Shown here one piece after another: positions 1-12,940 of a DNA stretch of 64,000 nt (position 1 is its first letter; every line of letters starts with the position of its first letter). The translations under genes and the position numbers were made by a program. The notes beneath the pieces were generated by a model. It was not told the origin of the DNA. It was given only the letters and a program-made list of their open reading frames with translations, and made no database searches. Source of the stretch: Octopus vulgaris (taxonomy: Eukaryota); contig OX597828.1 of assembly GCA_951406725.2 (NCBI GenBank), positions 19,344,001 to 19,408,000 on the forward strand, written 5' to 3'.

Positions 1-1495
1 GTTATCTAAATTGTAACCTTCCATCAAAATATTATTCTAATTTATGTCCCAAACACCAGTTTAGTAATCCTTTCTACTGGAAGTACAAGGCCTCAAATTT
101 GTGGGAAGGGATTAAGTCGATGACATCGACCCCAGTACGTAACTGGTACTTATTTGATCGACCCCGAAAGGATGATGAGCAAAGTCGACCTTGGTAGAAT
201 TTGAACTTAGAATGTGATGACAGATGAAATACCGCAAAGCATTTTGCCCAGGGTGCTAAAGATTCTGCCAGCTTGCTGCCCTAAAACACCAGCTTAATAA
301 TGACAAAGTTATATCACTAAATTCTTCATTATTTTGAAAATTAATTGGAACAAAGGCAATGCAATTCAGCAGAGATATGGTAGAGAATTAGTTAGAGATA
401 TTTAAACAGAGTTCTCAGCATTTAACACTACTAAATTGAGGAAAACAATCATTATTTAGCTGTAGGTTCACATTGTCTTTGGTCATTATATGTTTCTTTA
501 CTGGCCACACAGGACTGAAATACAGAGGGGAAAAAATATAAAGTAGAGCTTTTCTTTTGGGGAAGAAGAAGAAAAGAAGAAAAAAAAAGTTGGTCGAATT
601 CCGATCAAAAGGGATCGTGAAAAAAAAAAATGGTGGTGGGAGTGTAATCAATAGGGATCGTGTATCACAGAAATGTCAATGTAAAAAGAGAAAACAGATT
701 AAGTTTATCCATGGAAAGAAAAGCCTACAGAAAAGACCACGGAAACCTTCGGCAATAGTGTCATGCAAAAATAAACACATTACAGTAAGTGGCTCTCTTT
801 TCCCCTTTTTTTTTTTGGTTCGTAGGATTATGCTCAAGCTGGCTCTGTCATTCACACATGCCATCCTTGCTACATTCACCCATCTTTTTTTTAAACATTC
901 ACTAGACAAAACTTCCCTCTCTACTCTCACCTTCCTCTTCAAATAATACACATACACATTCTTTCACTATAGCCACAAGTACAATGAAAATGGTTCTTCC
1001 TTCCAGTTTCAAGGAAGGTGGCACGACAATATTCACGATAGACTCATCTTTTGTCATTAGAAATTCTTTAAAGAAACAGGGTTTAATAAATAAATATCTG
1101 AGACAAATAATTGTATAAAACTCTATCCTACGTTTATCACATCTGTATTTTATCTTGGTTCATCATTACTATCATTCTTATGATATTAGAAACTATTTGA
1201 AAAGCCTTGACATTTATGTGTACATCTTATTCTGGATTTCTGTTAAGAGATTTGCTCTACTCACATCTTCAAGTCAGTGCCCCAGTATGGTTGGAGTTTA
1301 ATAACTGAAACGCGTAAAAGAATGAAAATTATGATGAATCCATTTTAGTTTCATGATGGGATAATATAGAACAAACACTAAAGACCAAAAGTACAACTTG
1401 TTGGGTAGTGTTGTAAGACACAGGAATATGTTGGAAGAGTTTTATCACAAAACTTATGGAATCCATATTCAGTGTTAGCAACGTCAAATGTCTTC
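1..1495 (+). repeat. Segmental duplication of the flank downstream of copy 2 (matches 33315-34889)
   Basis: Near-identical from gt(t/c)atctaaattgtaaccttcc to gtcaaatgtcttc. This copy has two small deletions, near 950 and near 1043. Confidence 0.95.
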
Positions 1496-2124
1496 ACCGA
1501 CATATTAAAGGTGATGGCAGCCGTTTTCCTAATGTTAGCCTCATCCTTCTTGATGTAGTGAACAGTGGATCTGTTCACGCTAAAATGGCAGCGAAAGTTC
1601 TCCCTTCCTTCAACATATCCAGAAGTTTCACCTTCTCAGCAATCGACATCATTCTTTGTTTGCATTTAGGCTCAGTATCAGCCTTGGAAGAAGCAGCACG
1701 CTTGGGAGCCATTGCAGGGGATGAAAATGCAAAATTCAACACAAAGAAACAAAAAGAATTACACACTGCACAGCGTAAAATAGTACAGTAAACCACTCAG
1801 CGAGAAAGCTTGAAACGAAATGGCCATGAAAGGGAAGATGCTGCAGATCTGAGCGTCAGTCAAAGCACCAATCACAGGCCAGATTACAAAATAGGAAGCT
1901 GCTATTCGTCATCTCTCTCCATTGCACCAATCACAGCCTGTCTTAAGTTCAAATACCCCTGTATATGCTTTTTTGCTATTTTATGCTTGTTTTGTTGTTC
2001 CTAGACTAGTAAATAATATTTATTATTAATATTTTAATGGATTAAATGAAAAATTTTAGGTGTTCATATATATATATTTTTAAAATCTGTGATAGTTGAA
2101 CTGCGTAGTAGCAAGGGATCAATG
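1496..2124 (-). mobile_element. Tigger/pogo (TIGD1-like) DNA transposon 5' fragment
   Basis: Minus-strand MAPKRAASS...MSIAEKVKLLDMLKEG...STVHYIKKDEANIRK is a CENP-B-type HTH N-terminus. A TIR-like end (gcaagggatcaatg) is followed by TA at 2125. Absent from the paralogous segment. Confidence 0.8.
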
Positions 2125-2478
2125 TATATAAATTTTATGTAATTGAATGGCCTGTGCCTCTCTTCACTTCACCAAACCTTTGACAGGTCTTTGACAGATT
2201 TTACATCCTTCAATGCATCCAGATAGCATCCTACCCACCAAGAACTCTTGGTGTTTTTGCCAGTTTAGTCGTTGACAGTTCAGATATGGTACAGACTGTA
2301 CTAGGTGACATGTTACAAGTGGCAATCATGACTAACATGCCATATTTATATATGAATTGTGTTCCGATTTTGATCTTTACATGTAATTATCATCAGGATC
2401 CTCAATATTTCCATTTTTGGGGTTTTTTTGCATTCATTTTTGTTTATTTTTTTTCTATACAGGTATTTTAAATACAAT

Positions 2479-4556
2479 ATGGATTGTTTAATGGTATTTG
2501 GAATCATCTATGAAAATAAAACAAAGGTTTCTCTTCTCTATGCCACACATACAATTTCCATTAATGGATTTACATCACACGTCAACATCGAGGCTGAATA
2601 TATAAATGAAAGCCAACACAAAACAGAAGCTAAGTTTGTTTTCCCTGTGGAAGAAGACAGTGCCGTATATAAATTCGAAGCTAAAATTGGTGATGTCCAT
2701 TTAGTTGCCAAATCTAAAGACAAAGATGTTGCCAAAAAGGAATACAAACAAGCTGTAGATAAAGGTCAGTCTGCCATTTTGTTGCGAGAGACAAGTACAT
2801 CTGGCGATATTTTTGAGTATAGTTTAGGTAATATTCCAGCAAATGAAAAGATCCATTTACAAATATGCCTTGTTTCTGAACTTTCTTGTGAAGTTGATGG
2901 GGCAGTGAAATTTCATATGCCATTTGTGCTTAATCCCAGATATGGTCTTAAACCTGCAGATGAAAATTATCAAAATGCACCTAAACCAAAAAAGTTTAGT
3001 TTCAATGCCTCTGTCAACTGGAATTCACAAATCAAAGACATCAAATCAGAACATCCAGTTAAGGTGGATTATCAGGATAACAAGTGTCATGCTACTGTGA
3101 GAATGGCAAAGGAATTCAGTTTTGAGAAAGACCTTCTTCTGCAAGTGTACTATGAAGATGTAGAAAAACCACAAGTAATTTTAGAGAAAGGAGATGAGAA
3201 TTCTAAAGGAATGTTTTCTAAAGATATTATGATGATAAATGTGTTTCCAGAACTTCCGCAAGTAAAACAATCTGCCGCTAATGATTATATTTTTGTTATT
3301 GATCGCTCAGGAAGCATGAGTGGAGAGAAAATTGAAGCAGCAAAAGATACTTTGTTACTTTTCTTAAAAGGTTTACCTTTGGGTTGCTCATTTAATGTTA
3401 TCAGCTTCAATAATGATTTTGAATTTCTGTTCAAAGAAGGAAGCCGAGAATATAGTGAAGATTCTCTGAATGAAGCATTGAAATTCCAGAAAAATCTATA
3501 TGCTTCGGGAGGGACAGAAATTCTTAGTGTCCTGAAATCACTCTCTGACAAAAAAACCATTTCAAAATTTCCATCGACAAGTATTCTTAATAACTGATGG
3601 TGAAGTCTACAACACAAACGATGTCATTCAATTGGTCAAGTCACAAGTAAACAACACACGATACTTCACAATTGGTATTGGTTCTGGAGCTTCTACAGAA
3701 TTGGTCAAAGGTATTGCATGAAACTGAGACTAGTTGCAAAAATGTGAAATTGAATCTTTGTGGTAAAATTGATGATGCAGACTTTTCACTTGATTTTGAA
3801 GCAAGATTGTTGGGACAGAATAATAAGGAAATGACAATACACCGTCTTTGTGTGAAAAGGAAAATACAGGAATTGGAATTAAATAAAGATTTGGGTAAAG
3901 GTGATGAAATAAAATCAGAGATTATCGATTTGGGTACAATGGCTAATTTAGTTTCAAAGTACACAAGTTTTGTTGGTTTGGATGAACATGTTCGATTGGA
4001 TTTTCAAATGGCCTCTATAGCAATTCCAAAATATACAGCCAAGTGTGCTTGTGCTTCTTCGCCAATAGTAAGAATGTTCCGTAAGTTAAAAAAAGTTTTA
4101 CAACAATCAGACCCAATGCCAGTACGTCCGAGAGAAGATATAGCTAGAATGTATACTTCCATAAATAATTCCTTAAGTATAAATGCTGAGAATTCAAGAC
4201 AGTCGCCTCACTCAGACTTAACCTCTTCAAAGTGAACAATTAAGGACATTTTAACAGGTTTGTTTGATCTACAAGCTTTCTCTGGTTTCTGGAATCTAGA
4301 TGATCAATTGGCTCAAGCTCTCAATATTTCTCTTAAGGATCTGAACGATGAGAATCCATCTGTTAGTGATAAAGTATGGGCTACAGGTCTTGTTGTTGCT
4401 GTACTAAGAGAAAAATTAGCTTCCCAGCATTGTGAATGGGAATTAATGGAAAAGAAAGCAATTGATTGGCTGGAATCTCAGAATATACAACCACTGTATT
4501 CAGAGAAGTTACTAGAAAAAGCTACAAACTTCATAAAAAACAAAATGGTTGCCTAG
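2479..4556 (+). pseudogene. VWA5A: VWA5A-like (VIT-vWA) paralog, copy 1, disrupted
   Basis: Acceptor ttttctatacAG ends at 2462 and ATG is at 2479 (MDCLMVFG). ORF pieces 2428-3597, 3672-4235 and 4260-4556 align to copies 2/3. Lesions: an extra A in the run at 3550-3556 (7 A vs 6 in copy 3), a 218-bp deletion at 3714-3717 relative to copy 2, and an in-frame TGA at 4233-4235. Ends at the same FIKNKMVA* terminus. Confidence 0.88.
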
Positions 4557-4671
4557 CGATTTCTGTTTATTTCATATTTTAAAACTTTCACTACTGTATA
4601 ACTGAGAAAAATACCTTAACATTTTAACTTGTATATCATTACTTTTACTCAGCTAAATCCTGTAACAGATC

Positions 4672-4718
4672 AATAAACAAATATTTTATATATCTATACA
4701 GCTGTAAAATATAATAAA
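4672..4718 (+). terminator. Polyadenylation signals of copy 1
   Basis: AATAAA at 4672 and 4713; the second is conserved in all three 3' UTRs. Confidence 0.55.
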
Positions 4719-5034
4719 ATATAAAACCATAATCCTTATATTTATTGAACTTGTGTTATTTTCTGTGTGCAATATGAATATATGAAGTTTAAAGACATTC
4801 AAACTGAGTACTGAACATTTAACTCTGCATTGGAACTGAATTATTTAATTTTTTTCTTTTTTAAGCTGTAGGTGCAATAGTCACCAATCTTGGCTTTGCT
4901 TTTTATGCTTTTGATGTCCATAAAAGAATGGCCAATTAAGAAATAAAATTGATTAAATCAATTACATACTCTATACACATTTCTGGCCCTGTACACATTT
5001 TGTGAATCGGAATTTTAATGTAACTATGTGTATA

Positions 5035-5260
5035 GGCAATGGCCTAGTGGTTAGGGCAGCGGACTTGCGGTCGGAGGATCGCGGTTTCGATTCCCAGACC
5101 GGGCGTTGTGTGTGTTTATTGAGCGAAAAAAACACCTAAAAGCTCCACGAGGCTCCGGCAGGAGGTGGTGATCCCTGCTGTACTCTTTCACCACTCTAAA
5201 GGCGGTGCTCCAGCATGGCCGCAGTCAAATGACTGAAACAAGTACAAAAATAAAAAATAA
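5035..5260 (+). mobile_element. tRNA-derived SINE (family C head) fused to a family A tail
   Basis: A box tggcctagtggttag and B box ggtttcgattccc. Homologous minus-strand copies at 22972-23260 and 61173-61426. The 3' end switches to the ggcggtgctccagcatggccgcagtcaaatgactgaaacaag tail. Confidence 0.75.
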
Positions 5261-5609
5261 AAAAAAATACCATATCTCGTCTTTTATCCACAACTCATTT
5301 TGGTCGTTGGACTGCAGCCATTCTAAGTCACAACCTAAAAGGCATTTTTTAGTTAAACACATCAACCCCAAAACTCATTTATTTTAAAATTGGGTAGTTA
5401 TTCCATCAGTCTCTATGGTAGAACAGCTAAATTATGAGGGGGTATAATAAACACACACACACACAAAATGGGCCTCCACCCTGTTCCTGTGTACCAAACA
5501 CACTCACAAGGAATTGGTCTGCTCTCGGCTATAATAGAAGACACTTGCTGAAGGTATTGTCTTGTGGGACTGAACCCTAAATATCATGGTTGTAAAGTTT
5601 TGTAACTAA

Positions 5610-6365
5610 AATAATTTTTTGTAACTAAACACTTTCAAACTTCGTATACTGGTAGAATGTGTCACATAAAACATCTTTTACTCTTGGCGCTGTTGAGAAA
5701 ATTCTCAAATTTTGGAAGTTATTTCTTGTTAAAGTTGTCATATTTCGGTAATTTCAACCAATCAATGACGTGTATTCAGATGAATAAAATTAATGCTGTT
5801 GTTTGTTATCAACAACTTCCGGCAGTGTATATTTCATTTGTCGTTTTATTTATGACATATTTAATCTCAGTTACATTTGTATGAATAAACGAGTGTATCT
5901 GAAGCATGTTTACTTCATGGCACCACCATAACCGTTCATCCTTTATTTTTCATGATTTTCCGTAACTCTAACCCTAAAACGACAACCCTAACCCTAAAAC
6001 TGTAAACCTAATTCTAAAACCCTAACCCTAACCCTAACCCTAAAACCTTAACCCTAACACCTTAAAGCTAAAACCAGTACAAATGCATGAAGAATGTCAA
6101 AAATAACAGTGACAAACACCGCCGATAGTTGTAGTTAACAAACGACAGCAGTAATTTTATTCAGCTGAATACACGTCATTGATTGGTTGAAATTACCAAA
6201 ATACGACAACTTTAACAAGAAATAACTTCCAAGATACAGGATTTTCTCAACAACGCCAAGATTAAAAGATGTTTTATGTGATACATTCTACCAGTATACG
6301 AAGTTTGAAAGTGTTTAGTTACAAAAAATTCTTTTTTAAATCTGTCAGTCAAAAGGTAAAGATCC
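5610..6365. mobile_element. Fold-back MITE with ~230-bp inverted arms and an internal (CCCTAA)n tract
   Basis: 5620-5850 is the reverse complement of ~6105-6330. Degenerate taaccc repeats at 5965-6070; the element ends in GATCC. Confidence 0.8.
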
Positions 6366-7320
6366 CCCTTCACTTTCTGGAAAAATGTCTAGATAGACTA
6401 TTTTCATTTAAAAGTTATTAGTGTGGTACACCCAAAAACTGAAGAATCTGAAATAAAAAAAAACCGAAAGGACGTTACGCAAAATAATGAAAACAAAACA
6501 ATAGTGTTGCTATAGTGTGCAAACCAGCTGGGAAAAGTTTTATCAAAATCGATTCACAGAAAACTATGAAATCCTAAATTTCACTCCTAAGCTATTAGTG
6601 TGGTTCTAGGTGTATAGTAGCAATGCTCCCCGGCGTTGCCAAGGTGTAATGACCTACAGTCACATTGTTTCTTTCTTACGGGCAAAATTAGCACACGTGG
6701 AACATGAAGCAAACAACTCTACCTTATGAACATGCTTTTCGGTCATTTTGTGATTAACAACCCTGCAGTTTCCGTTTACCAAATTCAGTCAGATATCTGT
6801 GGTTGATCTAGGGGCTATAGTAGAAAACACTTGCCCAAGCTACCATGCAAAGCGACTGAACATGGAACCATATGGTTGGGAAGCAAACTTCTCAACTACA
6901 CAGTCATTCGTCCCACTATGTCTCCAAGTTAGAAGTTCATCAAGCAGAGATCTATAAAATAAATGCCAGATTGAAATACGTATTGAGGTGAGTATGATCA
7001 ATTAAATTTTTGAAGGCGATACATCATCATGGCAACAGTCGAAAGAAAACCAAACAAAATAATGTTTAACGACTTAATGGTTTCAAATTTAAGGTAATGG
7101 ATTACTAACCACAGGATAATGAGTTCAAGACTTCGTATTGAACTTCCACTCTATACGGTAACAGTATGTGTGCATCTCAGTCTACTTGACTTCCAACAAT
7201 TAACAATTGTAATCTGAAGTGGGATGGTTGGCAGTAAGAAAGATGACCAGATTTCTTTAAAAATTATTGTGCAAAATATTCCGAGAGAAAGTATTTTTTT
7301 CCCCACAACAAAACACACAT

Positions 7321-7357
<37 letters not shown>

Positions 7358-7464
7358 TGTGTGTGTCTGGTAACTTGAGCTACTACAAATATAGCAAATC
7401 TCTCTTAAAACACCCTTTCATCAAAAGAAACACACACATTTACAGTATTTCAGGGTTTAAAAAA

Positions 7465-7670
7465 ATTCACCTCAATAGACGTCATTGATTGGTTGAAATT
7501 GTCGAAATGCAAGAAATTAAACAACAAATAGCTTACAAACTACAGAATTCTCTCAAGAAAGCCAAGAGAAAAAGATGTTTTATAAACACATTCTACCGGT
7601 ATACGAAGTTTAAAAGTGTTTAGTTACAAAGAAATTATTTTAAAAATCTGCCGGTCAAAGCGAAAAGATA
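7465..7670. mobile_element. Isolated arm of the same fold-back MITE family
   Basis: gacgtcattgattggttgaaatt...cacattctaccggtatacgaagttt...ggtcaaagcgaaaagat; reverse complement of 48203-48410. Confidence 0.75.
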
Positions 7671-8366
7671 ACTAAACCTCTGAAAACAGTGCCCCAACAT
7701 GGCAGATGTCCAATAATTAAAACAAGTAATTGAATAACAGACTATACGTTACAATGTATGCAGGATAGACCCCTTGCATTGAGGAAACCCCCTCCAGGAT
7801 TTGATCACAGAATCTACAATGACAAACATGGCACACAAGAGATATACGATTAGCTATCAACACCAACACCAAATCTTTGGCTTATTCACAGCTTGGTTTA
7901 ACTATGATAATATTATTTACACAAGGATACATATTGCATCCGTTTACACCAAATGAAACTATTTCGTTTCGCAATTAGTTTTTACATTCCTCATTTTTTG
8001 TTGTTTTTCCAATCGAAATATGTTTATTGTAGTATATCACTATATATATAAAGAGGAATATATATATATAAATATTATTATTTTTGTGTCTCTCTGTTTG
8101 TCTCAAAGCCGTAGGGCGCCTGTGTCATTCATGTTTTCAATCGTTACTGTCCCCCAAAAAGATTTTTTGTTTCCTGTTCGTCTCTGTTGCGTTTCATTCT
8201 TTCCTTATGTGGCTGGCTGATTCAGAGCGGATCTCAGAATTAAACAGCCGAAATCTGCGATGAGGGATCAGTTTCTGACTGAAGAATGAAGGCTTGAATG
8301 ACTTGTTTGTCTTTTTGTTCGTCTCTTCGTGTATTTCACGTTATTTATTTATATAAAGGTCTATTA

Positions 8367-8411
<45 letters not shown>

Positions 8412-8799
8412 CATAAAACCACATTAAAATACAAATCCAAACCGAACGCAAACAGGAGCGAAGAGGAGAAAAAAGGAAATAAAAAGTAAGAAAAATATCA
8501 ATTGAACACCAAGAGGTCCCAAGTGGTTGTAGAAAGAGGTTTTCGTAATTGTCAATATAAATGTATTGATGGGCGTTGCTGGCCTCTCCCACGCCTCCTC
8601 TCTCTTTCTCTTTCTCTCTCTTCGTCCTCCCCATCTCTGTCTAATTTGTTGTTGGTGGGGCACTATTATATAATCTGGTTCATCATCTGCTTTGGTATTA
8701 TACTTAAAATTTGTTTTATTAATGAATTTACGTTTCTCGCTTAACCGGGTTGCTCGTACTTTTCTGTTGATGCATTTTACGTGGAGAACAGAACTTCTA

Positions 8800-8992
8800 A
8801 GCTATTAAGATATTCAACCAATCTGTAAGATTACTTTCCACTTAATATATACGCAGTTCCGTTTCGTACAATTTCTTTTGGCAGAAAAGAAACCCGGATA
8901 TATAGCCGTTGTTTATTTTATCCTCTTGAATTATAAACTTTAAACTTATCAACGAGACATATTTCACCTTTTATTTCTCTCAACAGGTAAGT
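8800..8992 (+). promoter_or_regulatory. Candidate promoter and non-coding first exon with splice donor CAG|GTAAGT
   Basis: Consensus donor at 8984-8992 in apparently unique sequence. CCAAT at ~8818, an AT-rich TATA-like motif at ~8844, and an IRF/ETS-like agttccgtttcg at ~8855. The VWA5A-like exons begin with acceptors and need an upstream leader. Confidence 0.35.
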
Positions 8993-10159
8993 AACAACTT
9001 ACTGCGATAATTTTAAAGCTTCTTCATGGACCGTGATAATTGACAAATGACTTAATCTAAACAACGGTCTTTTCTTATAATTAGTTTGTGCTCATTAGTT
9101 TTTCTATTGCTTTTAAACGTATTTTTACCCCTTTTTGAAATCTATTTCCTCGAAGTTGGTGATATTGCTTTTACTTTTCTGTAAAAAGTTGCTAAAACAT
9201 CTATATTGGACTTCGATCATCATTGACTAGTGACATAATCAATATTTATTTTCTCTATAAATGATTTATATTCATTATTTGGGAAATGCTTTTTTATTTT
9301 TAAATTCGGACTTATTTTCCTCCCTTGTCTATGAAGATATATTTTCCACTTGAAATTATAGGATGGCGATATTGACGCCTCTAATTTCATTGCAATTCGC
9401 TTTCACTTTTATATTGACACTATTTTCTTTTTCATCTGTAAACTGCATGTTAACCCGTTATTTTGCCATGGGGCCAGTTGTTACCTTTCTTTTATCATTT
9501 ATTTGTTCCAGTGATTTGATTGTGGTTATGCTGGGGCACCGCCTTAAGGAATCTTAGTCGAATGAATCGACAAAGTAAGTTTGGTCACTATACAGCTTCC
9601 GTCGATGTCGGGTGGGAGACGCACTTGTGTGATGGGTACCTATTATCTTTTACTTGTTTCAGGCATTTGACTGCGGTCATGCTGGAGCACCGCCTTGATG
9701 TGTTTTAGTCGAACAAATCGACCCCAGGACATTTTTAAAACCTAGCACATATTCTATCGTTTTCTTGGTGGGGGTAAAGTGCAAGCTTTTTTTTATTTAT
9801 TTTTCATAACTTTCTTTGGATTCCTACGTTTTCGAAATCGGAGATTACGAGCGACTTTGCTTAAATAAAAACACGTTTTCAAAATTTAACCCCCCCTTCT
9901 CCACCCCAATTTTTAAATTTTTCAGTTTTAAAACATATTTTTTTCTGTTTAATCCTGCTGGAAACATACGGTGATTATGAATATGGAAAAAAAAAAGGAT
10001 CCAATAATGTTTTCTTTTGACACATTCTACCAGTATACGAAGTTTCAAATTTTTTAGTTAACTAGAAAATTCCGTCCATCAAAAAGAAAAGATCCAAAAA
10101 GAATTTTTCATTTCAAATTTTCTTAGGAAACACACACACACACACACACACATACATAT

Positions 10160-10305
10160 CAGGGGCGTATATTCTGGATGTGCTTGGTGTGCGGTGCACA
10201 CCCATCGAAAATAGCAAATTCATTATAAATATTAATCTTACTTATTAATTTAATCATAAATTGTAATGGAAAACTTTTCTAATACCCCTGCTTGAAATAT
10301 GGTGG
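10160..10305 (+). mobile_element. hAT-type MITE left-end fragment
   Basis: Starts CAGGGGCGTA; second copy at 22567-22710; resembles the terminus of the hAT at 15838. Confidence 0.55.
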
Positions 10306-10634
10306 CATTGGCTGTAGCAGCACACACAGGTTCGTTGCAGTTCAACTTGATACAAATACTATTTCTTTATAAACACAACACGAAGATAATTTGTAGCATG
10401 GCAACAAGATTCAAATAGATACAGAGAGTTAAGATTTAGAGAACAGAAAAAAGGGCGTTAAGCTGAGGAAAAGATATTTTTCGGACGTTTAGCTGTTATT
10501 TCTAGCATATCGAGTTTTCTGGTGAGGGCTTCATATTTTGTCGTCTGCTGTTTCAGGTGAAATCTACGCATGCGTAAAACGTACGGACTTTTATGCTTTT
10601 GGAAAGAGATGAGTGGGATACTCGCTTCACATAT

Positions 10635-10861
10635 ACTCTTACTCTTTTTACTCTTCTACTTGTTTCAGTTATTTGACTGCCGCCATGCTGGAGCGCCGCC
10701 TTTAGTCGAGCAATTCTACCCCGGGACTTATTCATTGTAAGCCTAGTACTTATTCTATCGGTCTCTTTTGCCGAACCGCTAAGTAACGGGGACGTAAACA
10801 CACCAGCATCGGTTGTCAAGCAATGCTAGGGGGACAAACAGAAACACACAAACATATACAC

Positions 10862-10930
<69 letters not shown>

Positions 10931-11077
10931 GACAGGCTTCTTTCAGTTTCCGTCTACCAAATCCACTCACAAGGCCCGGGGCTATAGCAGAAGACACTTG
11001 CCCAACATGCCACGCAGTGGGACTGAACCCGGAACCATGTGGTTGGTTAGCAAGCTACTTACCACACAGCCACTCCT
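10635..11077 (-). mobile_element. tRNA-derived SINE family A (internal TA/TG microsatellite)
   Basis: Head ggagtggctgtgtggtaag...ggttcagtcccact, core ttgggcaagtgtcttct, tail ending gaaacaagta(a/g)aagag; many copies in the window. Confidence 0.85.
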
Positions 11078-12561
11078 ATTTTGTGTTTTATTTACTTTGC
11101 TAGGTAGTCGTTTTAGGATCGACTAGTCACGACTAGCTAGCGCTGTTGCGCGAGTACACGAGTGCGCGCACCGGGACCACTCTTTTTAAATAGTACCCAC
11201 TCCTCATATCCTCCATTCTAAAAAAAAAAACTCAGAAGGCTTTGGTAGGTCGAAGGCTACAGTGCAAAACACCTGTCCAAGGTGCTACGCAGTTGAACCG
11301 AATCCGTGACAATGTGATTGGAAAGCAAGCTTTTTACCACACAGCCACGCCTCTTTTGCCTCAAGAAGTTGTTAGATATCTACTTTAACTTCGATAAATA
11401 CATAAAAAATTGTTAGATATCTACTTCGACTATGATAAATCGTTTTGTTTTATTCAACGGTTTCCCCCCGAATTAATCCATTTTCATTTTTTAATTGATT
11501 TTCAACTTTTCTTTATCCATTTTGTTTTTCTTTCCTTACATATTTAACTCGTTCGGGTCAGTGAAATTACATTTTCTTTGCTATAGGAAGTTGTTAAAAT
11601 GTGCTTTATTGAACTGCGATAACTGTTGTCGAGTGACCAAATCAATGTTTTTCTTATCTAATTGATTTGTGCCTATAATTTCTCAGTTGCTTTTCATCTG
11701 TTTATATTCTCTCATCACTAAGAGTTACGTGTTATCGTAACTCCATGACAACACTGATCGAGCGACACCTATGATCAAACCTGCTCCATGCATGCGCCTT
11801 TTCATATATACAGGATAACATAGTCCTGCGTGTATTTCTTTATTTAAGACGGTAGGATGAGATTTCAAAAGAATTGGCTGCTATTTCGTGCAAATTGAGC
11901 AACTTCTAAGGAGCTGCTTCGTTTTCACTGAAATACTTCTCTTTCTCTTTCATACATAAACGCATTCAATCTGTCTCTTCCGCGCCTTCAAACACACATT
12001 CACACACACACACATTCTCCCCATTTCTCTCTCTCTCTCTTTCTCTCTGCCTCACACACACACATTTCCTCTCACTTTTACTCTCTTCCTCTCACATGCA
12101 CACTCTCTCACAGACGTTTCGAATTCACATACTGTGTGTGTGTGAGAGAGAGAGAACTTTGTATTATATAAAGCTTTTAAAATGCCAGAGGTAATAAACA
12201 TGGCATAAAGATAGAACTTAAATAAAACCGATGCGATCTTCCTATTTAAGTCCCGTACCTGTCAGACAGGATGTCAGCTGTATTATCTGTAAACGACCAT
12301 GCGAAGGAGAGGTGACGAGAAAGACCCCTTTAGTACACTACACGGTTGATAGAAGGCTTCGATTGGTTGGGTTGCACATTGGTGTGTAACAGAGCAAGAG
12401 ACAAAAGTGCGCCAATACCAACCAATCAAAGTAGTGGACACAACAGGGTGCAAAACAGTGGCCAAAGGCTAGCTGTTATCTACTACGTCCGTACTCATGT
12501 ATATATAACAGAGAGAGAGAGAGAGAGAGAGTCTGCTACATATCTATTCATTGTAAGAGGA

Positions 12562-12940
12562 CTGTGTGGTAGGAAGCTTGCTTCCCAACCACATAGTTTC
12601 GGGTTCAGTCCCACTGCATGGCACCTTCGGTATGCATTATCTACGAGAGCCTTGGACCGACCAAAGCCCTGTGAGTGGATTTGGTAGATGGAAACTAGAA
12701 GAAGCCTGTCAGGTGTGTGTGTCAGTGTTTGTCCCCCCCCCGCCACCATTTGACAACCAGTGTTGGTGTTTTCATCTCTGTAACTTAGCGGTTTGGCTAA
12801 AGAAACTAATGAATAAGTTCCAGACATAAAGAAAAAAGAAAATAGTTCTGGGATCAATTCATACAAGTAAAAACATTCTTCAAGACGATGTCCCAGCATG
12901 GCCACAGTCTTAATAACTGAAACAAAGAAAAATATAAAAG
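12562..12940 (+). mobile_element. SINE family A, diverged
   Basis: Same head, core and tail as 26411-26881. Confidence 0.75.

Noticed and set aside
4233-4235. In-frame TGA in copy 1 as selenocysteine, read-through or an A-to-I recoded Trp
   Set aside because: It aligns to Ser/Thr codons in the paralogs, and the copy already has an upstream frameshift and a 218-bp deletion.
5965-6070. Telomere or chromosome-fusion site
   Set aside because: A short degenerate tract internal to a repeated MITE.
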